Shown here one piece after another: positions 17,263 to 25,708 of a stretch of DNA of 64,000 nucleotides. Numbering within the stretch: position 1 is the first letter of the stretch; every line of letters starts with the position of its first letter. Origin of the DNA: an uncultured Gammaproteobacteria bacterium (GTDB taxonomy: Bacteria; Patescibacteriota; Microgenomatia; Levybacterales; UBA12049); the NCBI GenBank assembly GCA_964521295.1, contig CAZFRF010000001.1, forward strand, positions 140,675 through 204,674, written 5' to 3'. The position numbers and the translations under genes were made by a program. The notes beneath the pieces were generated by a model. It searched no databases and was not told the origin of the DNA. It saw only the letters and a list, made by a program, of their open reading frames with translations.

Positions 17263-18096
17263 TCACAGGGACCTTAAGAAATCAAGCGTTTTTTGCTGCC
17301 TGATTATAGAAGCAAGGAGATATTTATTGGCTTCCAAATTTTGTCTTTCTGCGTCAGATTTAGCTGTTGCAATAGCTTCATTTACTTCTTTTTCTTCGGC
17401 AATAATATTTTCTTCTTTAGCAATTTGTTGCAAGATGAATTCAAGTTTTACATCTGTTTCAGCTTTTTTTGCAAATTCTGCCTTAAGGTTGTCAACTGTT
17501 CTACCAGTTGATGACAAGTATTGTTCTAAAGTTAAACCTAATTTTCTAATTTCATCTAAAGTTTGAGATAACAGTTTTTCAACTTCGCTTTCAATAATGA
17601 CTGCTGGAATAACTACATTTCCTTTTGTCATTAAGATCTTAGCAATTTCATCAAAGCTAACTGGTTGTTGGGTTTGTCCAGGAACGACTACTTTAGCTTT
17701 AGCATTTACAGCTTTGACTTCTTCTTTATATCCAGTAATTGTAATAACTGGCATTTCGCAAGTTAAGGCATGAAATTCCCAATCTGCATTGTCATCAATC
17801 TTAGAAATATTAATTCTAGGAGATACAATTGGTGTAATTTTATTAGCAGCAATAGCTTGGCTATATGCCTGAGGCAAAAGTCTTCTTAAAACGTCTTCTT
17901 TAATGTGGTCCTTAGAAAGACTTTGCTCAACCATATTTTTAGGAGCCATGCCTTTTCTAAAACCAGGAATTTCCGCATCTTTGACATGTTCAGCAATAAC
18001 TTGATCTTTAGTTTGTAAAACTAAAGTCCAAGGAACTGAGATTGTGAAATCTATTGTTCCGTCTTCTAATTTTTTAAATGTTGATTTAATATCCAT
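17263..18096 (-). CDS. tig: trigger factor, short form lacking the PPIase domain
   Basis: Ribosome-binding signature IPGFRKGMAPKNMV. The start is taken at MDIKST (18094-18096) because the ORF-track N-terminal extension overlaps tRNA-Leu. Confidence 0.75.
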   Translation of the reverse strand: MDIKSTFKKLEDGTIDFTISVPWTLVLQTKDQVIAEHVKDAEIPGFRKGMAPKNMVEQSLSKDHIKEDVLRRLLPQAYSQAIAANKITPIVSPRINISKIDDNADWEFHALTCEMPVITITGYKEEVKAVNAKAKVVVPGQTQQPVSFDEIAKILMTKGNVVIPAVIIESEVEKLLSQTLDEIRKLGLTLEQYLSSTGRTVDNLKAEFAKKAETDVKLEFILQQIAKEENIIAEEKEVNEAIATAKSDAERQNLEANKYLLASIIRQQKTLDFLRSL

Positions 18097-18105
18097 ATTT
18101 ATTTG

Positions 18106-18189
18106 TGCGGACGAGAGGAGTTGAACCCCCACGCCTTTAAAGGGCACAAGGTCCTAAACCTTGCGTGTCTGCCATTTCACCACGTCCGC
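18106..18189 (-). tRNA. tRNA-Leu (UAG)
   Basis: Minus-strand cloverleaf with a long variable arm, anticodon loop TTTAGGA, acceptor gcggacg/cgtccgc. Confidence 0.8.
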
Positions 18190-18240
18190 TTGCAAATACA
18201 CGTGTCCTGCCCCCTAGTGACAGCGCTTATTATATCCTAT

Positions 18241-18798
18241 TTATAGGGAAAGCGAAAGTGTGTTTTTAGTATCGTTTAAAGCAAATTCGTTAATTCTATT
18301 CATATAGAAGGTAACGTGATCAGCCCAGACTGGAGATGAAGCATAAATACGGCCTATCTCATAGACATCTTTTGCTCCCCAAGTGTTCATGTACTTTGAT
18401 CTAATACCCTCAGATATAGTATGAATACCTTCACTCCATGAAGCAAAGTTAATAACATTGTCTCCATATACTCCCCAACCCCATCCATTATATGAATTAT
18501 AAGGAATAGCTTTACCAAAGGTAGATTCAGTACCTGCAATAGCTGCAACTAATTTCCAATCTAAGTTATATTTATCAGCTTCAGATACGAAATCCTGAGC
18601 AAATGGTGCTAAAGGAGAATCATACTTTTCTAAGAAAGCTTTAAGTGTTTTTACACGAAAGTCTCCTCCCGTATTGTAATCAACGGCAGTTGAGATAATT
18701 TTTGCAGAGGATGCTGAGGCTTTTTGCTGCGAATATGCTTTTTGAGGAATAATGATTATAATTGCAGCAATTAATACTGGCAATATCTTATTCTTCAT
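18241..18798 (-). CDS. secreted GH73-like peptidoglycan hydrolase (glucosaminidase domain)
   Basis: Signal peptide; AIAGTESTFGK is the GH73 catalytic-Glu region, then YNGWGWGVYGD. Confidence 0.5.
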   Translation of the reverse strand: MKNKILPVLIAAIIIIIPQKAYSQQKASASSAKIISTAVDYNTGGDFRVKTLKAFLEKYDSPLAPFAQDFVSEADKYNLDWKLVAAIAGTESTFGKAIPYNSYNGWGWGVYGDNVINFASWSEGIHTISEGIRSKYMNTWGAKDVYEIGRIYASSPVWADHVTFYMNRINEFALNDTKNTLSLSL

Positions 18799-18912
18799 AT
18801 GTATTTAGGGCAATTTGCCCATAAAAAAATCCTAACGTATGTATTTGGAAGGACATACCTTAGGATCTAGTACGAAGTATATCAGATAACTATAGGTTTG
18901 TCAAGAGGGTAA

Positions 18913-19554
18913 CTATAGGTCTGTGTCTTTATAATCGAGCCTATCCATATAGACTGCGATCCATTTTGCCCAGCTGCCATTAACACTTACTGGGTTATAT
19001 TTACTCATTAATTCTTCTGGGGTTTCTAGGCCTTTAGCTATATACTGAGTTGCCAATGTTTTGGTTACAACATCGATGGCTTGATTAAAGCTATCAAAGC
19101 TGGTAACTTTTTTCCCATAAATTCCAAATCCCCAACAATTATGAGTATCTTTATATTTTTTAGGGAGATTTTTACATAAAGTTGATTCTTGCATAGCTAT
19201 GGCAGGGATTAATCTGTAATCAATATCATATTTATCAGCAGCTTTAACAATTTCTCCGGCATATGGTAAAAGCGGTGATTTATGTAAAGAAAGAAAATCT
19301 TGTATTGAGCTTACTCTTGCATCTACTATTTCTGGCTTAAGAATAGTCTCTTGTCCTCCGCTAGGAAGTGCAGCGTAGGCAACTTTTGGTGTTTGATTAA
19401 GGGAAAATAGCACATCACTTCCCTGACGATAGATAAAAGAAAGAAAAAGAAGGCTAAGAATAAGGGTTGTGGGGGTTAAAAAGAAAAAGAGACTGAGCAG
19501 TAATATCTTTTTCATAATACCAGTTATATTTACAGATTTAGAGCTTAAAGTCAA
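18913..19554 (-). CDS. secreted GH73-like peptidoglycan hydrolase, paralog
   Basis: AIAMQESTLCK...NCWGFGIYGK is alignable with 18241..18798. It has an N-terminal TM/signal segment. Confidence 0.5.
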   Translation of the reverse strand: MTLSSKSVNITGIMKKILLLSLFFFLTPTTLILSLLFLSFIYRQGSDVLFSLNQTPKVAYAALPSGGQETILKPEIVDARVSSIQDFLSLHKSPLLPYAGEIVKAADKYDIDYRLIPAIAMQESTLCKNLPKKYKDTHNCWGFGIYGKKVTSFDSFNQAIDVVTKTLATQYIAKGLETPEELMSKYNPVSVNGSWAKWIAVYMDRLDYKDTDL

Positions 19555-19952
19555 GCTTTTGAGGCTGAAAAAGGCTCAGGTTTATATTCTAGTTCTAGTC
19601 TTCTTGCCTCACCAGTTTTAGGATCTTTTCCAATATCCGCTGCGCCATGTGCTTTTCTGCCTACGTTTATTCTGTGAGTGCCAGTTGTAGCGGCAAAATG
19701 ATGATTTAAGTCTCTTAATGATCTGTGTGGTCTTTTTAAAATTTTACCAGCAACTAATACTTCATAGGGATTCTCTCTGGTTTGGACAGAAAAATCTACT
19801 AAAATCACTCCAGCATGCTCGGTTTTAAATACTCCAGCTTGATTTGGGCCAATAAATCTTCCATCCATAGTTGGCATGTTTTTACCGATAAGTGTCTGCC
19901 CATTTAGTGTGAGGCTAAAATGATTTCTATCTCTCTCAGGTCCTTTAATCAT
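19551..19952 (-). CDS. hypothetical protein (133 aa), G+C-rich, translationally coupled to the downstream GH73 gene
   Basis: 4-nt overlap with the 18913..19554 start. No confident family assignment. Confidence 0.35.
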   Translation of the reverse strand: MIKGPERDRNHFSLTLNGQTLIGKNMPTMDGRFIGPNQAGVFKTEHAGVILVDFSVQTRENPYEVLVAGKILKRPHRSLRDLNHHFAATTGTHRINVGRKAHGAADIGKDPKTGEARRLELEYKPEPFSASKA

Positions 19953-20010
19953 GTCGAAATTTTAGCATATAAATTTTAAAAAGGAAATATTGATATAATA
20001 GGGCTAACTA

Positions 20011-20094
20011 GCCCGGGTGGCGAAACTGGCAGACGCGCAGTGTTCAGAACGCTGTATCCGCAAGGGTTTGGGAGTTCAAATCTCCCCCCGGGCA
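20011..20094 (+). tRNA. tRNA-Leu (CAG)
   Basis: Acceptor gcccggg/cccgggc, anticodon loop TTCAGAA, long variable arm. A TATAAT lies at 19993-19998 upstream. Confidence 0.8.
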
Positions 20095-20140
20095 CAATAA
20101 TATAGTAAAACGAAGCTAAATTTTGTATAATCAATTTTAC

Positions 20141-20223
20141 GCGGATGTGGTGAAATGGCATACACGCTACCTTGAGGTGGTAGTGCCCTTAAAAGCGTGG
20201 AGGTTCGACTCCTCTCATCCGCA
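20141..20223 (+). tRNA. tRNA-Leu (GAG) (long-variable-arm type; Ser not fully excluded)
   Basis: Acceptor gcggatg/catccgc, anticodon stem ctacc/ggtag with loop TTGAGGT. A TATAAT lies at 20126-20131 upstream. Confidence 0.65.
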
Positions 20224-20279
20224 CATTTATCTCTTGTTAGTTTCAAATTAATTACATATACTCTGTATTAATCTTTTCG

Positions 20280-20379
20280 GGGATTTGCGAAAGTCAAAAT
20301 CGGTAGTAAACTCTACGAGCGAAAGCACGAGTCTGTGAAACTCAGACAGCGACCGTAAAGTCGGGATGAAAGAAAGATT
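20280..20379 (+). promoter_or_regulatory. candidate structured 5' leader (possible riboswitch-like element) upstream of the EamA transporter
   Basis: About 100 nt, G+C-richer, with two GNRA-loop hairpins (gcGAAAgc twice), hairpin gtctg-tgaaact-cagac and hairpin cgac-cgtaaa-gtcg immediately before the SD/ATG. Class unidentified. Confidence 0.2.
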
Positions 20380-21288
20380 ATGAAAAAAATACTTGGTCTT
20401 GGACCATTATTTATTGTTATTGCTGCGAGTCTTTGGGCTTTAGATGGCGTATTAAGAATTTCTCTCTATTCTCTTCCCCCAGCTACTATTGTATTTTATG
20501 AACATCTTTTTGGTTTTGTAATTTTGAGTTTTATTTTCTTTAAATGGATTAAGGATTTAAGAAAAATGACTCGAAAAGAATGGATTGGTATAGTAATAGT
20601 CTCACTTTTCTCTGGAGCTTTAGGTACAATTTTTTATACTCTAGCTTTGCAAAAAGTTAATTTCATTTCTTATAGCGTAGTAGTTCTGTTGCAACAGCAA
20701 CTACAACCTATTTGGGCAATACTTGCAGCGTCACTTCTATTAAAAGAAAAAATATCTAAAAAGTTTCTTTTTTGGACTGTAATAGCTTTAATTTCTGTCT
20801 ATTTTGTTACTTTTAAAGATTTAACTTTTAATTTGCAAACTGGGCAGGGTGTCGCTATTGCCGCTTTGCTTGCTTTAGGTGCTGGATTCATGTGGGGTAG
20901 CTCAACAGCTGTTAGTAAGTTAGTTTTAAAAAAAGTTAGTTTTTTAACTGCAACAGCAGAGAGATTCTTCTTAGCGCCTATTTTTGCTTTGGGATTTGTT
21001 ATTTTGCAAAACCAAACAGCCTCTCTTTTTGCTTTGAATGCAAATCAGATAAATACTCTAGTAATTATAGCTTTGTCTACAGGAATGGTTTCTTTAGTTA
21101 TCTATTATTATGGTTTGAAAAAAACCAGCGCAAGGGTTAGTGCGATCTGCGAAATGGCTTTTCCAGTTACAGCAGTTTTAATAGATTACTTTTATTTTCA
21201 TAAAACGCTCTCCCCTACCCAGATTATAGGAATAATCTTTTTAATCTTTGCTGTCTTTAAGGTTTCGCAGCAAAATAAGAAAGCATAG
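20380..21288 (+). CDS. EamA/DMT-family (drug/metabolite transporter) permease
   Basis: 302 aa with about 10 predicted TM helices in two EamA-like repeats. Confidence 0.7.
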   Translation: MKKILGLGPLFIVIAASLWALDGVLRISLYSLPPATIVFYEHLFGFVILSFIFFKWIKDLRKMTRKEWIGIVIVSLFSGALGTIFYTLALQKVNFISYSVVVLLQQQLQPIWAILAASLLLKEKISKKFLFWTVIALISVYFVTFKDLTFNLQTGQGVAIAALLALGAGFMWGSSTAVSKLVLKKVSFLTATAERFFLAPIFALGFVILQNQTASLFALNANQINTLVIIALSTGMVSLVIYYYGLKKTSARVSAICEMAFPVTAVLIDYFYFHKTLSPTQIIGIIFLIFAVFKVSQQNKKA

Positions 21289-21339
21289 TTTGTACAAATT
21301 TAGTTAATTTGATAAAATTAGATCCTAATGGACGATTAG

Positions 21340-21405
21340 CTCAGCTGGTAGAGCGCTTCATTTACACTGAAGATGTCGCGAGTTCGAATCTTGCATCGTC
21401 CACCA
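21340..21405 (+). tRNA. tRNA-Val (UAC), CCA encoded
   Basis: ggacgattagctcagctggtagagc..., anticodon loop TTTACAC, 3' atcgtcc-a-cca. Confidence 0.8.
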
Positions 21406-21479
21406 GGCTGAGATAGCCAAGGTGGTCAAGGCACCTGTCTGAAGAACAGGCTATATGTGTTCGACTCACATTCTCAGCA
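21406..21479 (+). tRNA. tRNA-Phe (GAA)
   Basis: Acceptor ggctgag/tctcagc, anticodon loop CTGAAGA, T-loop TTCGACT. It directly abuts tRNA-Val. Confidence 0.8.
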
Positions 21480-21518
21480 CATTGACTTTTTTGGTGTTGT
21501 GTGTAAAAATCCCCTATT

Positions 21519-21887
21519 ATGACAAGTCCAACCGAAAGATTAAGAAGGCAAGTTATTGAAAGATACCATTTAGTTGTGGGAGAGGTTGAGGTTGTGGTTC
21601 CCGTTGAAGATGTGGAAGTAAGGCAAGCAGTTGGTCATGGAGATAGCTTTGTCGTCGAAAGCACTGTCGGAAATTCAACCTGGGAAGTTACTGGTTTTGA
21701 ATCTAGAGAAAAAGATAGACCTCATACCCGAAGACAAAATCCTGTAGGTTTAGATGTAATAGCACTAGGTATTAGTGGGGTTAGAGGCGAAATCATAGGT
21801 GAAGGGCAAGAAGTAAGAGGAAGAGTTGATAGATTTCCAGTAGCAAGCGTTGCAACTGCAATCCATAAGTTTAATAAGCCTCGTTAA
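21519..21887 (+). CDS. hypothetical protein (122 aa), G+C-rich, embedded in the tRNA cluster
   Basis: ORF with markedly higher G+C; no motif recognised. Confidence 0.3.
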   Translation: MTSPTERLRRQVIERYHLVVGEVEVVVPVEDVEVRQAVGHGDSFVVESTVGNSTWEVTGFESREKDRPHTRRQNPVGLDVIALGISGVRGEIIGEGQEVRGRVDRFPVASVATAIHKFNKPR

Positions 21888-21925
21888 TTGAGCTTAACTT
21901 CAGATTTTGATATAATCATTTTCAC

Positions 21926-21997
21926 GCGGGCGTAGTTCATCGGTAGAATGTCTCCTTGCCAAGGAGAAGGCAGTGGGTTCGATTCCCATCGCCCGCT
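21926..21997 (+). tRNA. tRNA-Gly (GCC)
   Basis: gcgggcgtagttcatcggtagaa..., anticodon loop TTGCCAA. A TATAAT lies at 21911-21916. Confidence 0.8.
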
Positions 21998-22039
21998 CAC
22001 TTTCTTGACTAAATTTTTCCGATAGGCTATATTATTTTT

Positions 22040-22459
22040 ATGGACAATAATTTAGGACAAGTACAAACTCCAATTCCTTCTCCAACTCCAATTCCTGTTC
22101 AACCAAGTGTTAATCCGCAAATGCCGATCAAGTCAAATAGCGGATCAGGGTTTAAGATGTTTATTCTCCTCTTACTAGCTTTATTAGTCGTAGTTATTGT
22201 TGGTTCGGTTGCTTATTTTTTCCTAATGAGCTCTAAGCCTCAAACAACTTATACACCTTCAGAAAATTCTATGGCAAATGTAAAAACAGCCCCAACCGCG
22301 GTTCCAACTCAGCCTCAGGCTGATATCCAAAGTAAAATTGCAACCGATACACAGTTAGATAGTGATATGAAAACGCTTGAAGCCTCTCTTAATAATTTAG
22401 ATTCAGATTCAAAAGAAATTGATACAAGTCTTTTAGATAAGGAGACAAATTTACAATGA
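22040..22459 (+). CDS. membrane-anchored hypothetical protein (139 aa)
   Basis: Pro-rich N-terminus and a single TM helix (MFILLLLALLVVVIVGSVAYFFL). Confidence 0.4.
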   Translation: MDNNLGQVQTPIPSPTPIPVQPSVNPQMPIKSNSGSGFKMFILLLLALLVVVIVGSVAYFFLMSSKPQTTYTPSENSMANVKTAPTAVPTQPQADIQSKIATDTQLDSDMKTLEASLNNLDSDSKEIDTSLLDKETNLQ

Positions 22460-23304
22460 AAAAAATATTATTAACTTTAGCCTTATTGACTTTCGTTTTT
22501 CCAAGTTTTGTTAGTGCTCAAGAGGAAACGACAACGACAACGGCAACAACTACCCCTGTTCAAGAAGTTTCTCCTACAAAATCTCTTAAGAATAAAGTTC
22601 CAGTTCTTAAACCTACTAAAGCTTTAGAGATGAAGAGAGCAACTTCTCCAAAACCAACCGTAAATGTTGATCAAAAAGTTGCAGACTTGCAAAAGCGTGG
22701 AGATATGGAAATTGAAAGAAGAATTGTTGCCTTAAACAAGTTAATCGAAAGAATTGATAAAATTCGCAAGCTGTCTGCTACTCAAAAAACAGAACTTAAA
22801 GCAAGGGTCCAGACTGAAATTGATACGTTAAATGCGTTAAAGGCTAAAATCGACGCAGATACAGATATTACAACACTCAAAGCTGATGTTAAATCAATAG
22901 TTGATTCGTATAGAGTATTTGTTGTATTCATGCCTCAGATTCGGTTAATAGCAGCAGGAGATAGGCTTTTAACTGTTGCAGCTAATTTATCTGCAATTAG
23001 TACAAAATTACAAACTAGGATTACGGAGGCACAAGCCGCAGGTAAAGATGTTACCCAATTAAATACTTACCTAACTGATTTAAACGCAAAAGTAGCTAAC
23101 GCTAATACTCAAGCAAATGCGGTTATAACTGAGGCTCTGACTTTAACTCCAGAAGGTTATCCTGGAAATAAGACAACTATTCAAGCATTAAGAGCAAAAA
23201 TAAAAACAGGAACAGCAGATGCTCAGACTGCAAGAAAAGATGCACAAAGCATCTTGAAGCAATTAAAAACTTGGGTAAAAGTGAGTCCAACCTCAGCTAT
23301 TTAA
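22456..23304 (+). CDS. secreted coiled-coil hypothetical protein (282 aa)
   Basis: Signal peptide, Thr-rich linker and a long predicted coiled coil. It overlaps the upstream gene by 4 nt. Confidence 0.45.
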   Translation: MKKILLTLALLTFVFPSFVSAQEETTTTTATTTPVQEVSPTKSLKNKVPVLKPTKALEMKRATSPKPTVNVDQKVADLQKRGDMEIERRIVALNKLIERIDKIRKLSATQKTELKARVQTEIDTLNALKAKIDADTDITTLKADVKSIVDSYRVFVVFMPQIRLIAAGDRLLTVAANLSAISTKLQTRITEAQAAGKDVTQLNTYLTDLNAKVANANTQANAVITEALTLTPEGYPGNKTTIQALRAKIKTGTADAQTARKDAQSILKQLKTWVKVSPTSAI

Positions 23305-23803
23305 GATAATCTTCTAAGCCTTTTCTTAATGAATCAAAAGCAAGTTCTTGCTGTAGGACTTCTGCTTTATTAAAGAATTGATAATCTGTAATATCATCAT
23401 TGATCGATAATTCTCCTGATTTTATTTTAGCTTCGACTACTACTCCGAATGTTGGAATATTTACTCCTTCATATAAATAATAGTCATTATAAATACCAAC
23501 TAGCTTTGTCATTTCAATTTCTATTCCCAATTCTTCTTTTATTTCTCTTTTAACTGATTCTTCAAAAGACTCGCCTGGTTCAATAAATCCTCCAGGTAAA
23601 TCCCAATATCCTTTTTTAGGTTCTGATTTTCTTTTAACTAACATAATTTGATTTTTCTCATTAACAATAATTACCCCATTACAAGGAACAGGATTTAGAT
23701 ATTGTTTAAATTTGCAGTTTGGGCAAATAAGTAAGCGGTTGGAGTTTTTAGAAAATTCAGTTTGGCACCGAGGACAATATTTATAAACGTCGACAAGTTC
23801 CAT
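23297..23803 (-). CDS. NUDIX hydrolase with N-terminal zinc ribbon
   Basis: CxxC...CxxC N-terminus, then Nudix box GGFIEPGESFEESVKREIKEELGIE. Confidence 0.75.
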   Translation of the reverse strand: MELVDVYKYCPRCQTEFSKNSNRLLICPNCKFKQYLNPVPCNGVIIVNEKNQIMLVKRKSEPKKGYWDLPGGFIEPGESFEESVKREIKEELGIEIEMTKLVGIYNDYYLYEGVNIPTFGVVVEAKIKSGELSINDDITDYQFFNKAEVLQQELAFDSLRKGLEDYLK

Positions 23804-23804
23804 G

Positions 23805-24395
23805 TTAGTTGGTTTTTCTAAGTTTTAATTTGTTGTTGATAGCAAATACTATAATAAATGAGAAGACAGTTGTTAGTAGCCAAGCGATGATAGTTTGTTG
23901 GAGCAGTAAGGTTTCACGGATTTCAACTTCCCTTAAGGACTTACCAACTACTGCATAGCCTTCCTTTATGCCTTTATAGTAAACAGCAACTATAGCACTT
24001 CTGACTCCATCTTCAGGTTGCCATGTTAATTTAGAGTAATCTTTACCTTTTGCGTTATCCAGAACTCCTGTTGGGAAAACTGGTGCTTTGCCATGTAAAA
24101 CAGCAGAGTATGAAACTAGCTTTTTATTTTTATCAAAGAGCATTAAATATGGAGCAAGGCTTTTTGAAATTTCTGTTTTACCATTATCGTTAAAGGTGTA
24201 GTTTCCTCCTCCGCTTAAGTATATTCCTGCGTCAGTTGCCATTTGAATTTGAGGATCATTGGCATTTAGTCTATAGTTTTGTTGAATCGCCCAATAGATA
24301 AAACCATAAATTATTGTGAAGGTGATAAAAAGGGGAAGCCAAAGTTTTAATACCTGTTTCATGCTATTTAAGTATAGCATACTACTCATTTGCAA
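23805..24395 (-). CDS. membrane protein (196 aa), two TM helices flanking a periplasmic domain
   Basis: It starts 14 nt inside the stop of the upstream ParB-like gene and ends 2 nt before the NUDIX start, which is an operon-like arrangement. Confidence 0.4.
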   Translation of the reverse strand: MQMSSMLYLNSMKQVLKLWLPLFITFTIIYGFIYWAIQQNYRLNANDPQIQMATDAGIYLSGGGNYTFNDNGKTEISKSLAPYLMLFDKNKKLVSYSAVLHGKAPVFPTGVLDNAKGKDYSKLTWQPEDGVRSAIVAVYYKGIKEGYAVVGKSLREVEIRETLLLQQTIIAWLLTTVFSFIIVFAINNKLKLRKTN

Positions 24396-25683
24396 AAGCT
24401 TGTTTTAAAGCCTTAACCGTTATTTTTTGCGCATCTAATTCCTGAGCCAATCTTTCTCTTTCTTCCTCGGGAAGAGTCCCTGCGATAAAAGGTAGCATTC
24501 GAGTAGCTACTGCAATGTAGTGCTCTAGAGAATAAACTACACTCCTGTCTTTAAATGGGTAGTCCTCAGGTCTTAATACTCCGTCTTCAAAAAGACGATT
24601 TAATAGGCTTAAGTAGGAAGCACTTCCTCTAAATGCTTGGTCTGCTTCTCTGGTAACAACATGGCGAATGCTAGGTGGCTTGGGTTTTTCTCCATTTGGT
24701 TGATCAACTAAGTCGCTAAATAATCCATCTCCAAACATTTCTAAATTTCCATCTCGAGTGTTTCTAATAAACGCGCCAATAATTTTTTCAAATTCTTTGG
24801 CTGGCATGTTTGAGGCAAGTGCAAGTCTTTCATAATGCTCTACCCAATTCCTTTCAATACCTGCATCGATTAATCTTCCTATTTGTACTGCGATTCCATA
24901 AGACATAATTCCATCTTTTACTCTTTGTTGCGTTTCGGAAGATAACATACTAAACCTTAATGCATCTCTAACGACTTCTGGAGATCTTCTAACTTTTTTA
25001 GAAAAATCTGTTAATGTTAAACCAGGAATCAATTGCCTTTCAACTGCATAAAACCTACTAATCCAATCAGCCTCCTCTTCTTGCGGAGGTCTTTCATGCG
25101 TATTTTCTGCAAGTTGTATAGTTAATGCTTCTTGAGCTGTAATACTATCTCCAATTCTTACTTCTAATCCTTTGGGGAAATGAGCATCAAAACAAGTAGG
25201 TGCTCTTTCTTGACTTTGTTGTTGCTTGGTAATTCTCTGACTACAGTCTTCACAAGGATGATCTACTAAATGTTTAGCGGCTCTAAACCGACGTTCTCCT
25301 GCAATTAAAACATAATAATGTGGTTGTCCGTCTTCTTCAATTGTGGGAGAAAGTTGATCAGTTGATATTTGTGTTTTCCAAGCAAGATTTATTACTGCTA
25401 AATAATTGTCCAGCATGCCCTCTGTCCAGCGAGCAACCATTGGCGGATTTATTTGTCCCTCTCCAGCAAGACTTTCTGCTAGATCAGCTATATGTTCAAA
25501 AGTTCTTCTAACTTGAGGAAGTGTATTAACTACTCCAATGGGTAAAAAATCCGATCTATATTTTTGTCTTTCAGCATCTGATAAGCCAAGTAGACGTGGG
25601 TCAAATAGTTCTGCAGTAGCACCGGAAGGAGTAGCTCCATTGCCTTTTCTATCTTTTTCAATTCTTACTCCTGCCATATGCAA
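24382..25683 (-). CDS. ParB/Srx-domain protein with a long C-terminal extension (433 aa); no adjacent parA
   Basis: ParB N-terminal domain motifs HIADLAESLAGEGQINPPMVAR, YYVLIAGERRFRAAK (GERRxRA) and LAENTHE (ENLQRE-like). G+C-rich. Confidence 0.6.
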   Translation of the reverse strand: MHMAGVRIEKDRKGNGATPSGATAELFDPRLLGLSDAERQKYRSDFLPIGVVNTLPQVRRTFEHIADLAESLAGEGQINPPMVARWTEGMLDNYLAVINLAWKTQISTDQLSPTIEEDGQPHYYVLIAGERRFRAAKHLVDHPCEDCSQRITKQQQSQERAPTCFDAHFPKGLEVRIGDSITAQEALTIQLAENTHERPPQEEEADWISRFYAVERQLIPGLTLTDFSKKVRRSPEVVRDALRFSMLSSETQQRVKDGIMSYGIAVQIGRLIDAGIERNWVEHYERLALASNMPAKEFEKIIGAFIRNTRDGNLEMFGDGLFSDLVDQPNGEKPKPPSIRHVVTREADQAFRGSASYLSLLNRLFEDGVLRPEDYPFKDRSVVYSLEHYIAVATRMLPFIAGTLPEEERERLAQELDAQKITVKALKQAFANE

Positions 25684-25708
25684 AATATACAGATGAGCTA
25701 AATTAATT

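Noticed and set aside
19976-20161. ORFs 19976..20161 (-) and 39013..39243 (-) from the six-frame track
   Set aside because: They overlap well-formed tRNA genes (tRNA-Leu at 20011-20094 and 20141-20223, tRNA-Gln at 39169-39242), so they are not coding.
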